From the NCBI GenBank assembly GCA_047495785.1, contig JBLDXI010000017.1:3100001-3164000 (forward strand): 64,000 nucleotides of DNA. The letters run 5' to 3'. Origin of the DNA: Lepidodermella squamata (Eukaryota; Animalia; Gastrotricha). Shown here in pieces: positions 53,093 to 64,000 of the stretch (position 1 is its first letter; each line of letters opens with the position of its first letter). A program made the position numbers and the translations under genes. A model generated the notes under the pieces. The model had not been told where the DNA came from. It did not search any database and saw nothing but the letters and a program-made list of their open reading frames with translations.

Positions 53093-54046
53093 TTATCTGC
53101 GTCTTCTTGGGACAGTGAAGCGTCCAGTGCCGTCTCTGCTTACTTCTTCCACGAGCTGAGTAGGCAGCCAGCTCTTAGCACGCTCATACATCCTCTTTCC
53201 GAGGCCAATTATGATATACCAGACATCAGATTTCGTAAAGACGAAAATCCATCTAATGATAATGCAGATGGTGGATTCTTCCAGCATCAAGCTCTAAAAA
53301 TATCGAAGTCAGGTTTATTGAGAAAGTCTGTCTTGGGTACTTACGAGAGCCAAACCGACAGTCGTGTAATATGTCGCGGCAATTATGAACTCCCCGATGG
53401 CACAAAATAATATTTGTAGCAGCAATTCCTCGCAGCCAAGCTTGAGAAATGATTTGCACATCATCCATAGCGCAATTATAATGAGGTAAAAAATCAATTG
53501 GCCTTTTTTGAACGATTCTTGCTGATGAGGTAGCATTAGAATTTGGGAGATAGCTACTCTCCAAAGAGGATATTCCAGAATGAATTCGTTAAACTTTGTC
53601 CTGACTTCCAAAAAGCCGGCGAAAAAGTCATTGACCGTGTCTATCGCAATCGATTTGGCATCAAATTTAACACCGGCGCAATAGCCCGGAATTTCAGGAT
53701 AATACGCTGCGTAGACGTCCAGATCTTTCTCATCATAACTTGCATAGCAAGTCTTCCAGTTCTCGGCTGCGCTGCAATTTTGCGTCTTCCTTCCTTCTCG
53801 CTCAGCTTCGCAAACAACAAGCTCGAATGCTAAGCGGCGATAATCAGGAGTCTCATCACTTTTGCATTTCGCGTCAGCATTAGAAATCCATTCTTTGAAA
53901 CATTTTTGCTTTCTCGTTAGGAGCATTTCTTTGAATTTTCTTCCAGAAATGATTCGCAATTGGTCAACTTCAAGAGAACTCGTTTTATCGGCAGGGATAA
54001 CGCCCTGAACTAACATCGGCAGCCAGATTGCAATAAGACGGATCAT
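53093..54046 (-). CDS. Brambleberry/KAR5/GEX1-family nuclear membrane fusion protein-like (about 300 aa; exons 54046-53345, 53293-53093), transposon cargo
   Basis: Signal peptide MIRLIAIWLPMLVQG. Six-Cys domain C..C..LAFELVVCEAEREGRKTQNC..KTC..D..Y..YC..TVN, like Brambleberry (NCQxxxEGRxTYPC..KECT..MD..NAY..VC..TVN). Two or three TM segments; 51-nt GTAAGT..TTTAG phase-0 intron at 53294-53344. Confidence 0.78.
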
Positions 54047-54194
54047 TCCAGCAACTTGCAAGTAAAATTAATATAATAATTCCTACATCAAAGATACAAT
54101 CTAGAATCAAAGAAAGTTATTAAGTAAAATTTGAGCTAAAATCTGAATAGAAAAATTACATATGTTGCAAAATGAGCATAGTAAACATGTAATT

Positions 54195-54627
54195 TTAGTC
54201 TAGTTTCACCCCCGCACGATCAAAAGTCACTTGCTCGTTGTTAGCAACAAACTCAATTGCACCTCCTCTGCCCTCCTCGACAGCTACAGGACGGACTCGC
54301 CTTTTCAGCGTCTTCTTAATTAGTAATGTGAACAGGATGATTATGACTAAAAACATCACCGCCGCCACAGCCGCAAGGCCGACTATTGCTCTATGTACAA
54401 AAGAAGATATGACTCTATTATTGTTGACGAAAACAAATATCATACTCCTTGTGGTCAAATAATTGCACCGGGGTACTGGCTGACGGATGGCTTTGGGCCT
54501 CTGGTTCAGGTTCTTCCGACGTTCCAGCGCTGTGTAGGGATGTGGCTGTGGCTGTAACTGTGGTAGGTTGCAAGGTCGGTTGGGTTGAGCAGATCGCCCA
54601 CAAAAGGCAAAGGGGAGATTCATCCAT
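54195..54627 (-). CDS. Small single-pass membrane protein with Ser/Thr/Pro-rich N-region (125 aa; exons 54627-54446, 54390-54195), transposon cargo
   Basis: A 55-nt GTATGA..CATAG intron joins two ORFs in frame; TM AIVGLAAVAAVMFLVIIILFTLLI followed by a KKTLKRR stop-transfer signal. Confidence 0.65.
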
Positions 54628-55761
54628 GATTTTCTATAAAATTCTATTTAGAATGAGGGTAAGACGATGAGAAGATCTTGTGAGCAAATGTGCAGGAGAT
54701 TACAGCGTCGAGACTACGGAAATAGCAACTGACGACTGCGGGCGAGTGCGAGAAAGGCTGAGCAACTGACCTACTATGTACTTCTAAACCGCCTTTGTTT
54801 CCCGTTTCCCCCCGTTTCCCCTGGCAACAGACGTCCGTTATTTTAATTTTAATTCATAAAAATTATTAATTATCAATTTTGACAACATATTTCTAATTAT
54901 TTTCAAATTTTACCCGCGAATTTCCGGGTGAGCGGGGTGGGACCTGACTTTTTGTGCGCACTGTAATTTGGGAATGTAAAAATTCTGCGGAAAAAGCCGA
55001 GAACCCCTTGCCGCTTTCTCGTCTGAGGCAGAGCTGAGAGCTGAGACTCTTCACGGTGTACGTTAGGCAGGATACCACCTACCGCCTGACAAAACTTTTC
55101 TCAGATACTCACCCATCACCCTTAAAAAATTGCAATATTAATATATTTCAATCCTTATTTGGGAAACGTTTTAGTTCTTATCTTCTGCAGTTTACGACGA
55201 GTTCTTGCCTTTTGAACAGTTCTAACCGCTAGCCCTAGCTATCAACTCTTACATACCGGGTAGAAAATTTTAGGAAGTATTATTCGGCTGTCACATCGCA
55301 CACAGGTCTTGGACTTTGATGTTGTGGCAATCAACTATGAGATATTTTCGATCTTATTGCATCTGACCATTGTGATTTCAGGATTGGCGAATACTAACCT
55401 CCTCTTTTGAATCGCTGCAATATTCGTCTTCTGCCTTATGATTCATGATTTACAATTATTACAATTTTCCGAATTAAAATGATCAAAAGCCATCAATGAT
55501 GAGATTGCTGCTGTTAGAAAGAGCTTGCGCAAACTTGTTATGTCTCTTCACGAATACTTTTCCTTCGTATAACACATTATTGATTGTATTGCTTTATTGG
55601 CTATCGTGTCTTTAAATCCTGCATATTTTTTCTACTTTGAACCTAGAATATTCATTATAAAATGGCCAGCGTACGATAGCAGGGACGAAGACTTCATGCC
55701 CTAAGAGGTGCATCACCGTGCTTTTAAATACTTCTAATTTCTAATTCTTCGTCGTTCCAGA

Positions 55762-58700
55762 ATGGCCGTTGTGGAAGAAAGAATTTACGAGCTCGAGAGA
55801 TTATGTGGGCTTAACAGTGATTTGCGCGGCCATTCTACTAATGGATTGGACAAGACCATATTACGCTTTATCACCGTTGATACCTTATTGGATAGTATCA
55901 TCGCACTGTATGATGACTATTGTGCTTCCTCATCTCGACAGCGCGATAAATCGCTCAGTCAATTCGCTGAGTGGGGTACGTTCTAATATTTCGCTCGATC
56001 ACATTTCGATAATCAATTCATATTAATTGAATTCAGTTGGCCCTTTCATTTCTTGTGCAAAGAATTTGCGACTTCAGCGATTCGATTTCGATCCAATAAC
56101 TATCATTGGCAAGGGTGCGTTTGGCGAGGTCTCGCTCGTTCGTATGAAGGACACTGGCAGAGTTTATGCTATGAAGACCCTCAATAAAAGCGAAATGCTG
56201 AAGAGGGCAGAGGTAATAGGCTTACAATGAATGTAATGGCATTTTATTGAACTTGATTGATATTTCTAGACTGCTTGCTTCCGTGAGGAACGTGACGTCC
56301 TCGTGCATGGTGATCGGAGATGGATTACTAATTTGCACTTCGCGTTTCAGGATATCGAAAATTTGGTAAGTTTACTTGATGACGGAAATCGTAATTTACA
56401 GTATAATCTAAATTCTGTAGTATCTGGTAATGGATTACTATCCTGGTGGCGATTTGCTGACGCTATTATCGCGTCATGATGACCATCTCACAGAGGTAAA
56501 TCTATTATTTGAATTTGTTCGTCATTATATTGAATTTATTTTCTGCAGGATATGGTCCGATTTTATGCCGCTGAAATTGCCCTTGCCGTCGACGCAGTTC
56601 ATCGTATTGGCTATGTTCACCGTGACATCAAGCCAGATAACTGCCTACTCGACCGATCAGGGCATGTTGTGCTGGCCGACTTTGGATCGTGCCTCAAATT
56701 AGACTCGGAAGGTCTCGTAAGGACAGCTGTCGCGGTCGGTACACCCGACTATATCAGCCCCGAAATTTTGATGGCAATGGAGCACCCAGGAAGATCGGCG
56801 TATGGACCTGAATGTGATTGGTGGAGCCTGGGGGTGTGCGTATACGAAATGTTGTTTGGCACCACGCCATTTTACGCCGAGTCTCTTGTTGAAACATACG
56901 GCAAAATTATGAACCACTCAGCGCATTTAGCCGTCCCACCCAACGTCATGCTGGATGGTAATCATTTTACACGCTCTATAGCAACGTTATTTTCACGTGT
57001 GTCTATTTTAGGTTCAACTGATTCTATTGTTGATGAACAAATTTCTTGCTCCGACGAAGCTGCTGATTTATTACGCGGGCTCATTACCGATGCTAACGTC
57101 CGTCTCGGCCGCCATGGCTTTGAAGAAATCCGGCATCATCCTTTCTTCAAAGACGTTGACTTTGAAGGAATCCGCTACTCACAGGCGCCTTACATGCCTA
57201 ATGTCTCCAGCGACTGGGACACTTCGAACTTCGATAATTTTGACGGCATTGTTAATCAGCAGAACAATAACGGACTGGCGGTGATAGCGCAGGGTAACAA
57301 CCCGGCTTGTCCCTCGCCTCGGCCGACAGGCAACATCGTTAGCACGCAGCTGCCTTTCGTTGGCTTTACTTACACGGAAAACAGCCGATTGAGCTGTTCT
57401 TTCCCGAAAGGTCCAGCCGCAGAGACGAATTACTCGGCCGAGGTTTACGAGTCTTCTTCGTCGCAAGTTGTTAGTTCTGGAAACGGCAACACCGGCGCCC
57501 TATCGATCCGCCACGCGTCTGCATCATCGAATGTAGACAGTCGGCGGAGGAGTATGTGCGAAGAGTGCGATCGCCTGAGAACAGAACTGGAAAGCGTACG
57601 CGAGGCAGCTTCCCGCCTGCAAACTGAACTCGAGGAGAAACGCCGGCTCGACGCGGCGGCTGACGATTCAGCCGTGGAGGAACTCGTTGCGACCGTTGCC
57701 CAGTTAGGGAAACTAGTCGCTGAAGGAGGCGCCAACACGCAACTAGCCGAGCGTGCAGCTCGTCTTGCCGCTGGAGCTTGCGTTGCCCCGACTCAGAGCA
57801 CGAGCAGTGCCGCCAACGGCATTGATGCCTTCGACGCCCCTGGATCGCGGACGTCTGCGGGTAACCAAAATGCGGTGGCAATGGGCGAATGGCGCCGTCG
57901 TCGGTTAGCCCGCGTCGAGCAAATGCTTCGAAGCGAATTACAACAAGCCCTCGCTGCTGAAATCGGGGCGAAGCGGGCTCTTCAGGTGCAATTAACCGAA
58001 GTTTCCGAAACGCTCGCTGCACAGCTTAAACGAAGCGAAACTCTCGAGACAACTTGCGAACAACAGAGCGAGAAAATCGTGTCATTGGAAGGTCGAATCA
58101 AAGAACTTGAAGAGCAGTTGCAGCACGGTGCGAAGCCTGCAGTTGTTTCAACTAACGGGCCGAAAATTGTGCGTGACGACTCGTCGAACGATAACGGCAG
58201 TGAGCATGCCTCAGTTCATGTCATCGGGCGTACTGTTTCCATGCCTACCACCGTTTTACCGGCATCCCCCAACCGCCATCTGAGCAACAATTCCAGCTCT
58301 AATAATTCAGCGCGAGCACATAGTTTTGTTACTCGGTCGTTCAAACAACCAGTTCGGTGTAACCTTTGCTCGAGTTTGCTGGTCGGTCTGCTGCGACAGG
58401 GCGTTCTCTGTGAGAACTGCTCCTACGTGTGCCATCGAAACTGCGTCGTCAAATTGCCATCGACCGCATGCCCACCGCCGGCTGAACTTCAGCGGCGGAA
58501 CTACGGCATCGACCCAAGCACTGGCATCGGAACAGCCTACGAAGGTCTTGTCCGCCTGCCGAGACCGGGTGGTATTCGAAAGGGCTGGCATCAATTCAAA
58601 CTGGTCGTCTGTGACTTCAAAATGTTTTTCTACATGATAATGCCACAGAATGGGTCGCAGAGCGCCGCGGCCAGTTTGGTTGTCGATATGCGCGATGAAA

Positions 58701-60673
58701 ACTTCTCGGTTAAGGAGGTTGCTGACGATGAAGTAATTCACGCGTCTCGAAGCGATGTGGCGAGCATTTTCCGAGTCACCGCGACAGAATTGAGTGCTCC
58801 GGGCCCTGTTACACTTCACACCGTGTTTGTGTTGACAGAATCGCCAAGAGAGCGGCAGCACCTTGTTTGTTCTCTCGCCGAACTTCACCGGGTGTTACGT
58901 CGAGCCGCTGCGAAAATGACCAGTTCATTTTATCAATACCCGTCAGCAATTCAAGCCAGATCGGTGTATGATGCCGATCAATTTCCCTTCCCTGCCGTCA
59001 GAACTGTTCATTCGGCTTGTTTCATCGAACGAGACCGAATCGCTCTGGCGACTGACGAGGGTCTTTATTCGTTAATGCTGGAAAACGACTTGTTAATCCG
59101 CGTTTTCGACAAAAAGCCGGCTGTTATCGTCGAGTACGTAACTGCTGAGCAGTTGGTCGCTGTGGTAGGTGGCCGCAGCCGGTCTGTTCGTTTGTTGCCA
59201 TTGCTTGCTTTGGACGGGCTCGAAACGCCCGTGCATCGTTTGACCGAAACGCGTGGTTGTGTCGCGCTGGCTGTTGGCTACATTCATCAGTGCACGGAAG
59301 TGGCGTTGGTCGTCGCACTCCGCCGCACTGTCGACGTGTATGTGTTCACAAAAACCAAACAACGCTGCAAGCGCCTGCGCGAAATTCCGCTGTGTGTACC
59401 GGCGTCGGTCATCGCCGCGGCCACGGTCTCGCAGTCGGCTAACATTCTCATGTCGGCGACAACTGGTTCGATCAATTCGTCAAACGGGTCCGCCCTGCCT
59501 CCGCCGCCGCCTACCTCGACGAACTCGGCGACGATGAACAGCCTGACGTCCACCTTAACGGCGTCTTTTTCCGGCTCGCTCGAGCCGCGCTTCGTCGATT
59601 TCATCGGTGATCGCCTGTGCGTTGGCGTCTCGCGTGCCTTCTTGCTTATCAACGTTGACACGGGTGACTGTACGGCTTCAATTTGCCTCGACGATGCGTC
59701 GATCGACGTCCTGCCTCAGCGGCTTAACCAAGCTTTGTGCCCACTGGCTGCCGCTGAGGTTTCGCCTGATGAAATCCTACTTGTTTTCTCGCTCCTTGCC
59801 GTTTACGTGGACGCCGGCGGTAGAAGAACTCGCGATTCGGAAATTTTATTCCCAACAATCGGCAGGTCGGCTCGAATTTCCTGGCCATACTTGCTGTTAT
59901 TTTCTGACGCTGGTCTTTTCATTTACGATATTATGACGGCGGAGTGGATTCAAACCGGGTGCCTGCAACGTGCGATTCCGATCAGCCGCGATGGAGTCAT
60001 TTGTTTGCTGCCGCCTGTTGGCGACTCTAGTGCGGCGTCGAGTAGCGGCAGTCCACTCAGTACTGTTGTTACAAGTGCGTCGGGCACTTCCAACAAACGG
60101 CGTCTCGTCTACCTGAAAAACATGCATTCTAATGGATCCGAGATACCGCCTCTGCCCGGTGACCCAGATGGCGATCGGCCGGTTTCCGGTCGCCGTGTTA
60201 ACATTGTCACGAAAAATGACGAAAGAATCAATAAGCTGTCTTCAGAACGAAGGTACCTAAATATTTTCAGTTCTTAGTAAAAATGTTGAAAATTTACTAT
60301 TTATTATTTCTAATTGCTAACCATTTTTTTCGTTTTTTTTCTAATTAGGACAAAACTAATCAGTGGTCCGACTGATTTCCGGGTTGTTGAGCACTGGGGC
60401 TCTGACCGAGGTCGATCGATGCTAGCGTCTGTTGGTATTCACAACACATCAGGAGGCGGCTCTTTGCTCGCTTCGCCGTCTTCTAATACGGGTAATACGA
60501 GCCACGGCCACTACCAGATGCAGTACGCGCCGAATAACGTGTGCGTGTCGCCCAATGGCGGCGCTTCCTCGACCCCGTCCCCGACTCACAACGCTAACAA
60601 CAACATCCACAACAACACGACCAACAGCAGCAACGCAAATCAAAGCTTCTCATCGAATGCCTGGAACGTCTAA
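55762..60673 (+). CDS. CDC42BPA: MRCK / Genghis khan Cdc42-binding kinase, multi-exon
   Basis: AGC kinase ([38 protein letters not shown]), coiled coil, C1 (HSF..CNLC..CENC..HRNC), PH (GTAYEG..KGW), CNH, CRIB (LISGPTDF..H). Confidence 0.93.
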
Positions 60674-62378
60674 TCCCTGCTGACTACTTATTGTTTTCTT
60701 ACTCAGAACGATGATGCAAAATTGAATATCGAAGCTGCAATAACGTATAGAGCTGTAGCAATTATGCAACAAAGAATATTGACTTATCAAGCTGATATTC
60801 TTGAAAAAAGTCGCTAGTAAAATTTTGTGGTGCTATATTTTTTGTCGCCAGTTCGTAGCAGCGTTACACATCATACAACCCGTTTTTACTGTAAAATTTC
60901 TTCCAAGTCTTGGTGTTCTACGAAATGTGATTTGCTAGTAACGTCCAACTGTTACCTCCCGAACTCGATCGCTTATTATTTATGATGATGATATATCGGT
61001 ATTGTCTTCTCATGCGTGTACAATGTTTTGTTATAGTTGGTAGCTGAGCTATCCGCAGCAGCAACAGTAATTCCGCGGTGACAGTATAGAGGTAGCTCTT
61101 TTGATCTTGTTGTAAAATTTTGCGTACCTTTTTACGCCTGGTAGTCTGTTACTCATCGGCTCACTTTTTTCTGTCGATCAATCATTAATTATATAGCCTT
61201 ATAGTATGTCGTGCTATGCAACCGTATAACGTGCTATAGCCTTAGAAAAGAAAGAATTTTTGCTATAACCGTGTTTTTCGTGAACACTGATTCTTCCGTT
61301 TTCTCGCTATTGGTACTGATCAAATCTAAAGTTTATTATTGCCACTATTTAAAATAGTTATATTGGAACAACTTTCACTTCCACGCGCACGTGAATCCCT
61401 TGATATACGCACACTTTACTGCTGTCGATTGCGGACCAGTTATTTTTCCGATGTTGAACATTTTGTGGTTATTTTATTTCTTCTTGAAACTGCTTGTTTG
61501 AGTTAACCGCATAAACTGCTTCTAGTCAGTCATTCCTTGGCAATATTTCACTTTTGGAAATGAGGATATGACACTAGAAACACCATGGACCACTAAATAT
61601 TGCAACATTAACTGCTCCTCTTCATCCGGACTTGTTGCTTCATTTTCCTGATCACATCCGTATTTATGATAAATTATGGTGGTTAATTATTATATTATAT
61701 TAAATTTCCGTTGAATCAATATGGACTGATCAATTGTCTGTGCATTAGTCGAAAAACGCATGTACTTCAAGGTGCTTTTTACGCTTATTATTACCTTTAA
61801 TCATCATTATTTAAATGAAACGGAGGAAGAATTTGTTGCTGTGGTATTTCAAATTTGTTAACACCTATAGATCTTTAGATCTTAAAAACACCATCTTTGA
61901 TCTGACGCGGCCGAACTCGATTTGTAGTTTTGCTAGTCTTTGTGAAATTTGGCGGCTCTCTCCTCGTCAGAAAAAATTACCATTCGTTGGTTCGCCTATA
62001 CAGGTAATCCTGGATACTTTTATTATTTGCATCACCTTTTTAATAAAGTATGCGTGATTTTTATTTGCTCGTAGCAAGTCAAAACATTATTAGACATTCG
62101 CCTCTCGTTTTTCTTACAACAACAAAATGTGTAACTATTATCAGTGAAGTAGAGCTGAATTAGTATCTACCCGATGTGGCTGCGCCCTGTGTAAGATATT
62201 ATGACTAATGTTGTTGAAGCGCAGCGCTGAAAACTGTTACTAATGAAACTCTGATGTTATATTATTATTATTATCAACAGATGATGAAAAAAAATAAAAT
62301 ATTAGATGACTTCGATTTTTGTTACCGTCCCATATAACGTCTTTCGATGACTTATTTTAGAGGTTAACCATAACTAGG

Positions 62379-63116
62379 ATGGCCTCATCGCGGCGGGACA
62401 AGAATGCGAACGTTGAGTGTCTTGTTGACAGTGGCGCCGGTTTCTTTACAACTAGCACGGAGGCAGAGATAATCGCGTCAGTGACCTCAGCCTCGACTTC
62501 AAAGCCGCGGCCGACAATTGCCGACAACATCGCTGCAGGTGATTCACTGCCCCTGTGTATAGAGTGCAAATGCGACATTATTGAGTCTTTCTTAATGGAC
62601 AACTTCGACCTATTCGTGTGTAACTCATGTCGCCGTAGTTTGGACCCTAAATATCGTCTCATCTCACGAACTGGCGCTAAACAGCAGTATTTGCTGAAAG
62701 ACTGCGATTTTGATCAACGTGAACCGCCTCTCAAGTATATACTACGTCGAAATCCTCACAAGCCCAACTCCCAGGCACTCCCAGGAGAGAAAAGATCGTT
62801 GTTTTCAAGTAACGGTGACATGAAACTATACCTTGAGATGAGCGTGCGCGACCGCGCTATCGAAGTTTTTGGTGATTTGGAGAAGATCGAAGAGGCTCGA
62901 AATGTTCGTACAGACAAAGCCCGAGCGTTGCATGATAAGCGCTTCAAGGCTCAGCTTCGAGAAATGCGACAGACAATTGGGGGTGGCCAGTCGTCATCAA
63001 AAGCAGCCGCGAGTAAAGTTCCCTCGCGCCATGTTCACTCGTACGTCGCTACTTCAAAAGCCGATGTCAAAAAGTGCTCGGAGTGTGGTCAAACAATAAC
63101 AGTAGAGCAACTGTGA
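62379..63116 (+). CDS. XPA: DNA repair protein XPA, intronless
   Basis: DSGAGFF, C4 finger CIEC..VCNSCR, YLLKDCDFDQREPPLKY..NPH, GDMKLYL, HVHSY..CSECG..EQL. Confidence 0.94.
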   Translation: MASSRRDKNANVECLVDSGAGFFTTSTEAEIIASVTSASTSKPRPTIADNIAAGDSLPLCIECKCDIIESFLMDNFDLFVCNSCRRSLDPKYRLISRTGAKQQYLLKDCDFDQREPPLKYILRRNPHKPNSQALPGEKRSLFSSNGDMKLYLEMSVRDRAIEVFGDLEKIEEARNVRTDKARALHDKRFKAQLREMRQTIGGGQSSSKAAASKVPSRHVHSYVATSKADVKKCSECGQTITVEQL

Positions 63117-64000
63117 TATTGCTGTAAATATGCATTTTAGCTGAATTTTTGTTTTTTATGTGGAAATAAACTCGATCATGTATCAATAAGTCTCGAAAAG
63201 CTCCACTCTTTCCTGAAAATTGATTTCCTGACCTGCTAATATGCTTTTCGAAACTCCTGGAGCCCAAGGTCTCGTTAAATACCATGTAACAAATGAAAAA
63301 GCTGATTTTTTACAATCGAATTTTTGCGTGTGCTCGTCAAGACAACAACAACAAAACAACAAAACAAGACAAGATGAGGATAGCGGATGGCATAAAATAT
63401 GCTAGGACTGGAAATGTTTGAAAATTTAATGGTTCGATAACTGGTTTTCCTTGCGATAAACACTGAATTGAAATGACCTTGCTGAATTGAAAGTTCCGCG
63501 ATGTTTCACGACAATACTGCTTCAGTTAACAATAATTAATAACAAACGATCACCGAATTCACTCAAATTAGGTATACGCAAAGAAATCAAAATACGTTTA
63601 CAAACCAAAAAACAATAGCGATTACGAGCTTTGATGCGGTTTTATATAACCGCGGGGTGAATCAAAACAATACATGATATTTCAATAACTTTGATCAGCT
63701 AATTTTGACTGCAAACGCGCAGCAAATGTGTTTGCTCAACCCATCTTACGCCGGACCTAGTAAATGGGATCAAGACCATCAGCCATGCAAAATTTAGTTT
63801 TCGCTCAGTCGTTCGGACGCCTTCTTTAAAGTTGTATTCATCAAAGTTTCATCGAATTCGGCTACAACCACAAAGAAGTCCTTATACCTGCACTAATACA
63901 GATGCATGTGAAAAAGGTCCCCAGGCGTGTTTATGTATGCATTACGGTTTTCTTTTGAAGCCCTGGAAAATTGAAAATTGGCGAATGGGCAGGTCCCGGG

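Larger units (their letters stand above)
50215..54963 (+). mobile_element. Full-length DD41D (rosa/Visitor-type) Tc1/mariner transposon, 4749 bp, carrying cargo genes
   Basis: Perfect 26-bp TIR CAGTGCGCACAAAAAGTCAGGTCCCA at 50215-50240 and its reverse complement at 54938-54963. TA duplication at 50213-50214 and 54964-54965. Intact transposase inside. Confidence 0.93.

Noticed and set aside
52988-53410. 140-aa plus-strand ORF as a fourth cargo gene
   Set aside because: Antisense to the spliced Brambleberry-like 3' exons; no motifs recognised.
57179-59661. Several 90-190 aa antisense ORFs within MRCK (likewise within UBR1 and the cathepsin)
   Set aside because: Shadow ORFs of long GC-rich coding exons.
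63700-64000. Possible MITE/TE end at the window edge
   Set aside because: No partner repeat or coding evidence inside the window.

Overview
Gene-dense eukaryotic (metazoan invertebrate) genomic DNA with the standard genetic code and mostly short (about 45-60 nt) GT-AG introns. Host genes recognised: 3' part of UBR1/2, MAP4K3/5-like kinase, LSm8, RpL37a, CCDC177-like, SDCCAG8-like, INSM1/nerfin-like, a 26/29-kDa cathepsin L homolog with Cys->Asp at the catalytic site, STK11IP-like LRR, ATMIN-like, PDCD2, two tandem TMEM62, NAE1, eIF5, MRCK and XPA. Several genes sit 100-160 nt apart on one strand with a splice acceptor just before the ATG, suggesting trans-spliced operons. The most notable feature is an intact 4.75-kb DD41D Tc1/mariner transposon (50215-54963; perfect 26-bp TIRs, TA TSD). 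Besides its transposase it carries three cargo genes: a NEMP1-like inner nuclear membrane protein, a Brambleberry/KAR5/GEX1-like nuclear membrane fusion protein and a small single-pass membrane protein. Other mobile DNA: a ~4-kb Crypton-like tyrosine-recombinase element with bipartite inverted ends and a hairpin-packed intron, a foldback element with tRNA-like heads, a 5'-truncated LINE with a (CCTGAT)11 tail, and degenerate piggyBac and LINE relics in introns. All family assignments come from recognising motifs by eye; no database searches were run.
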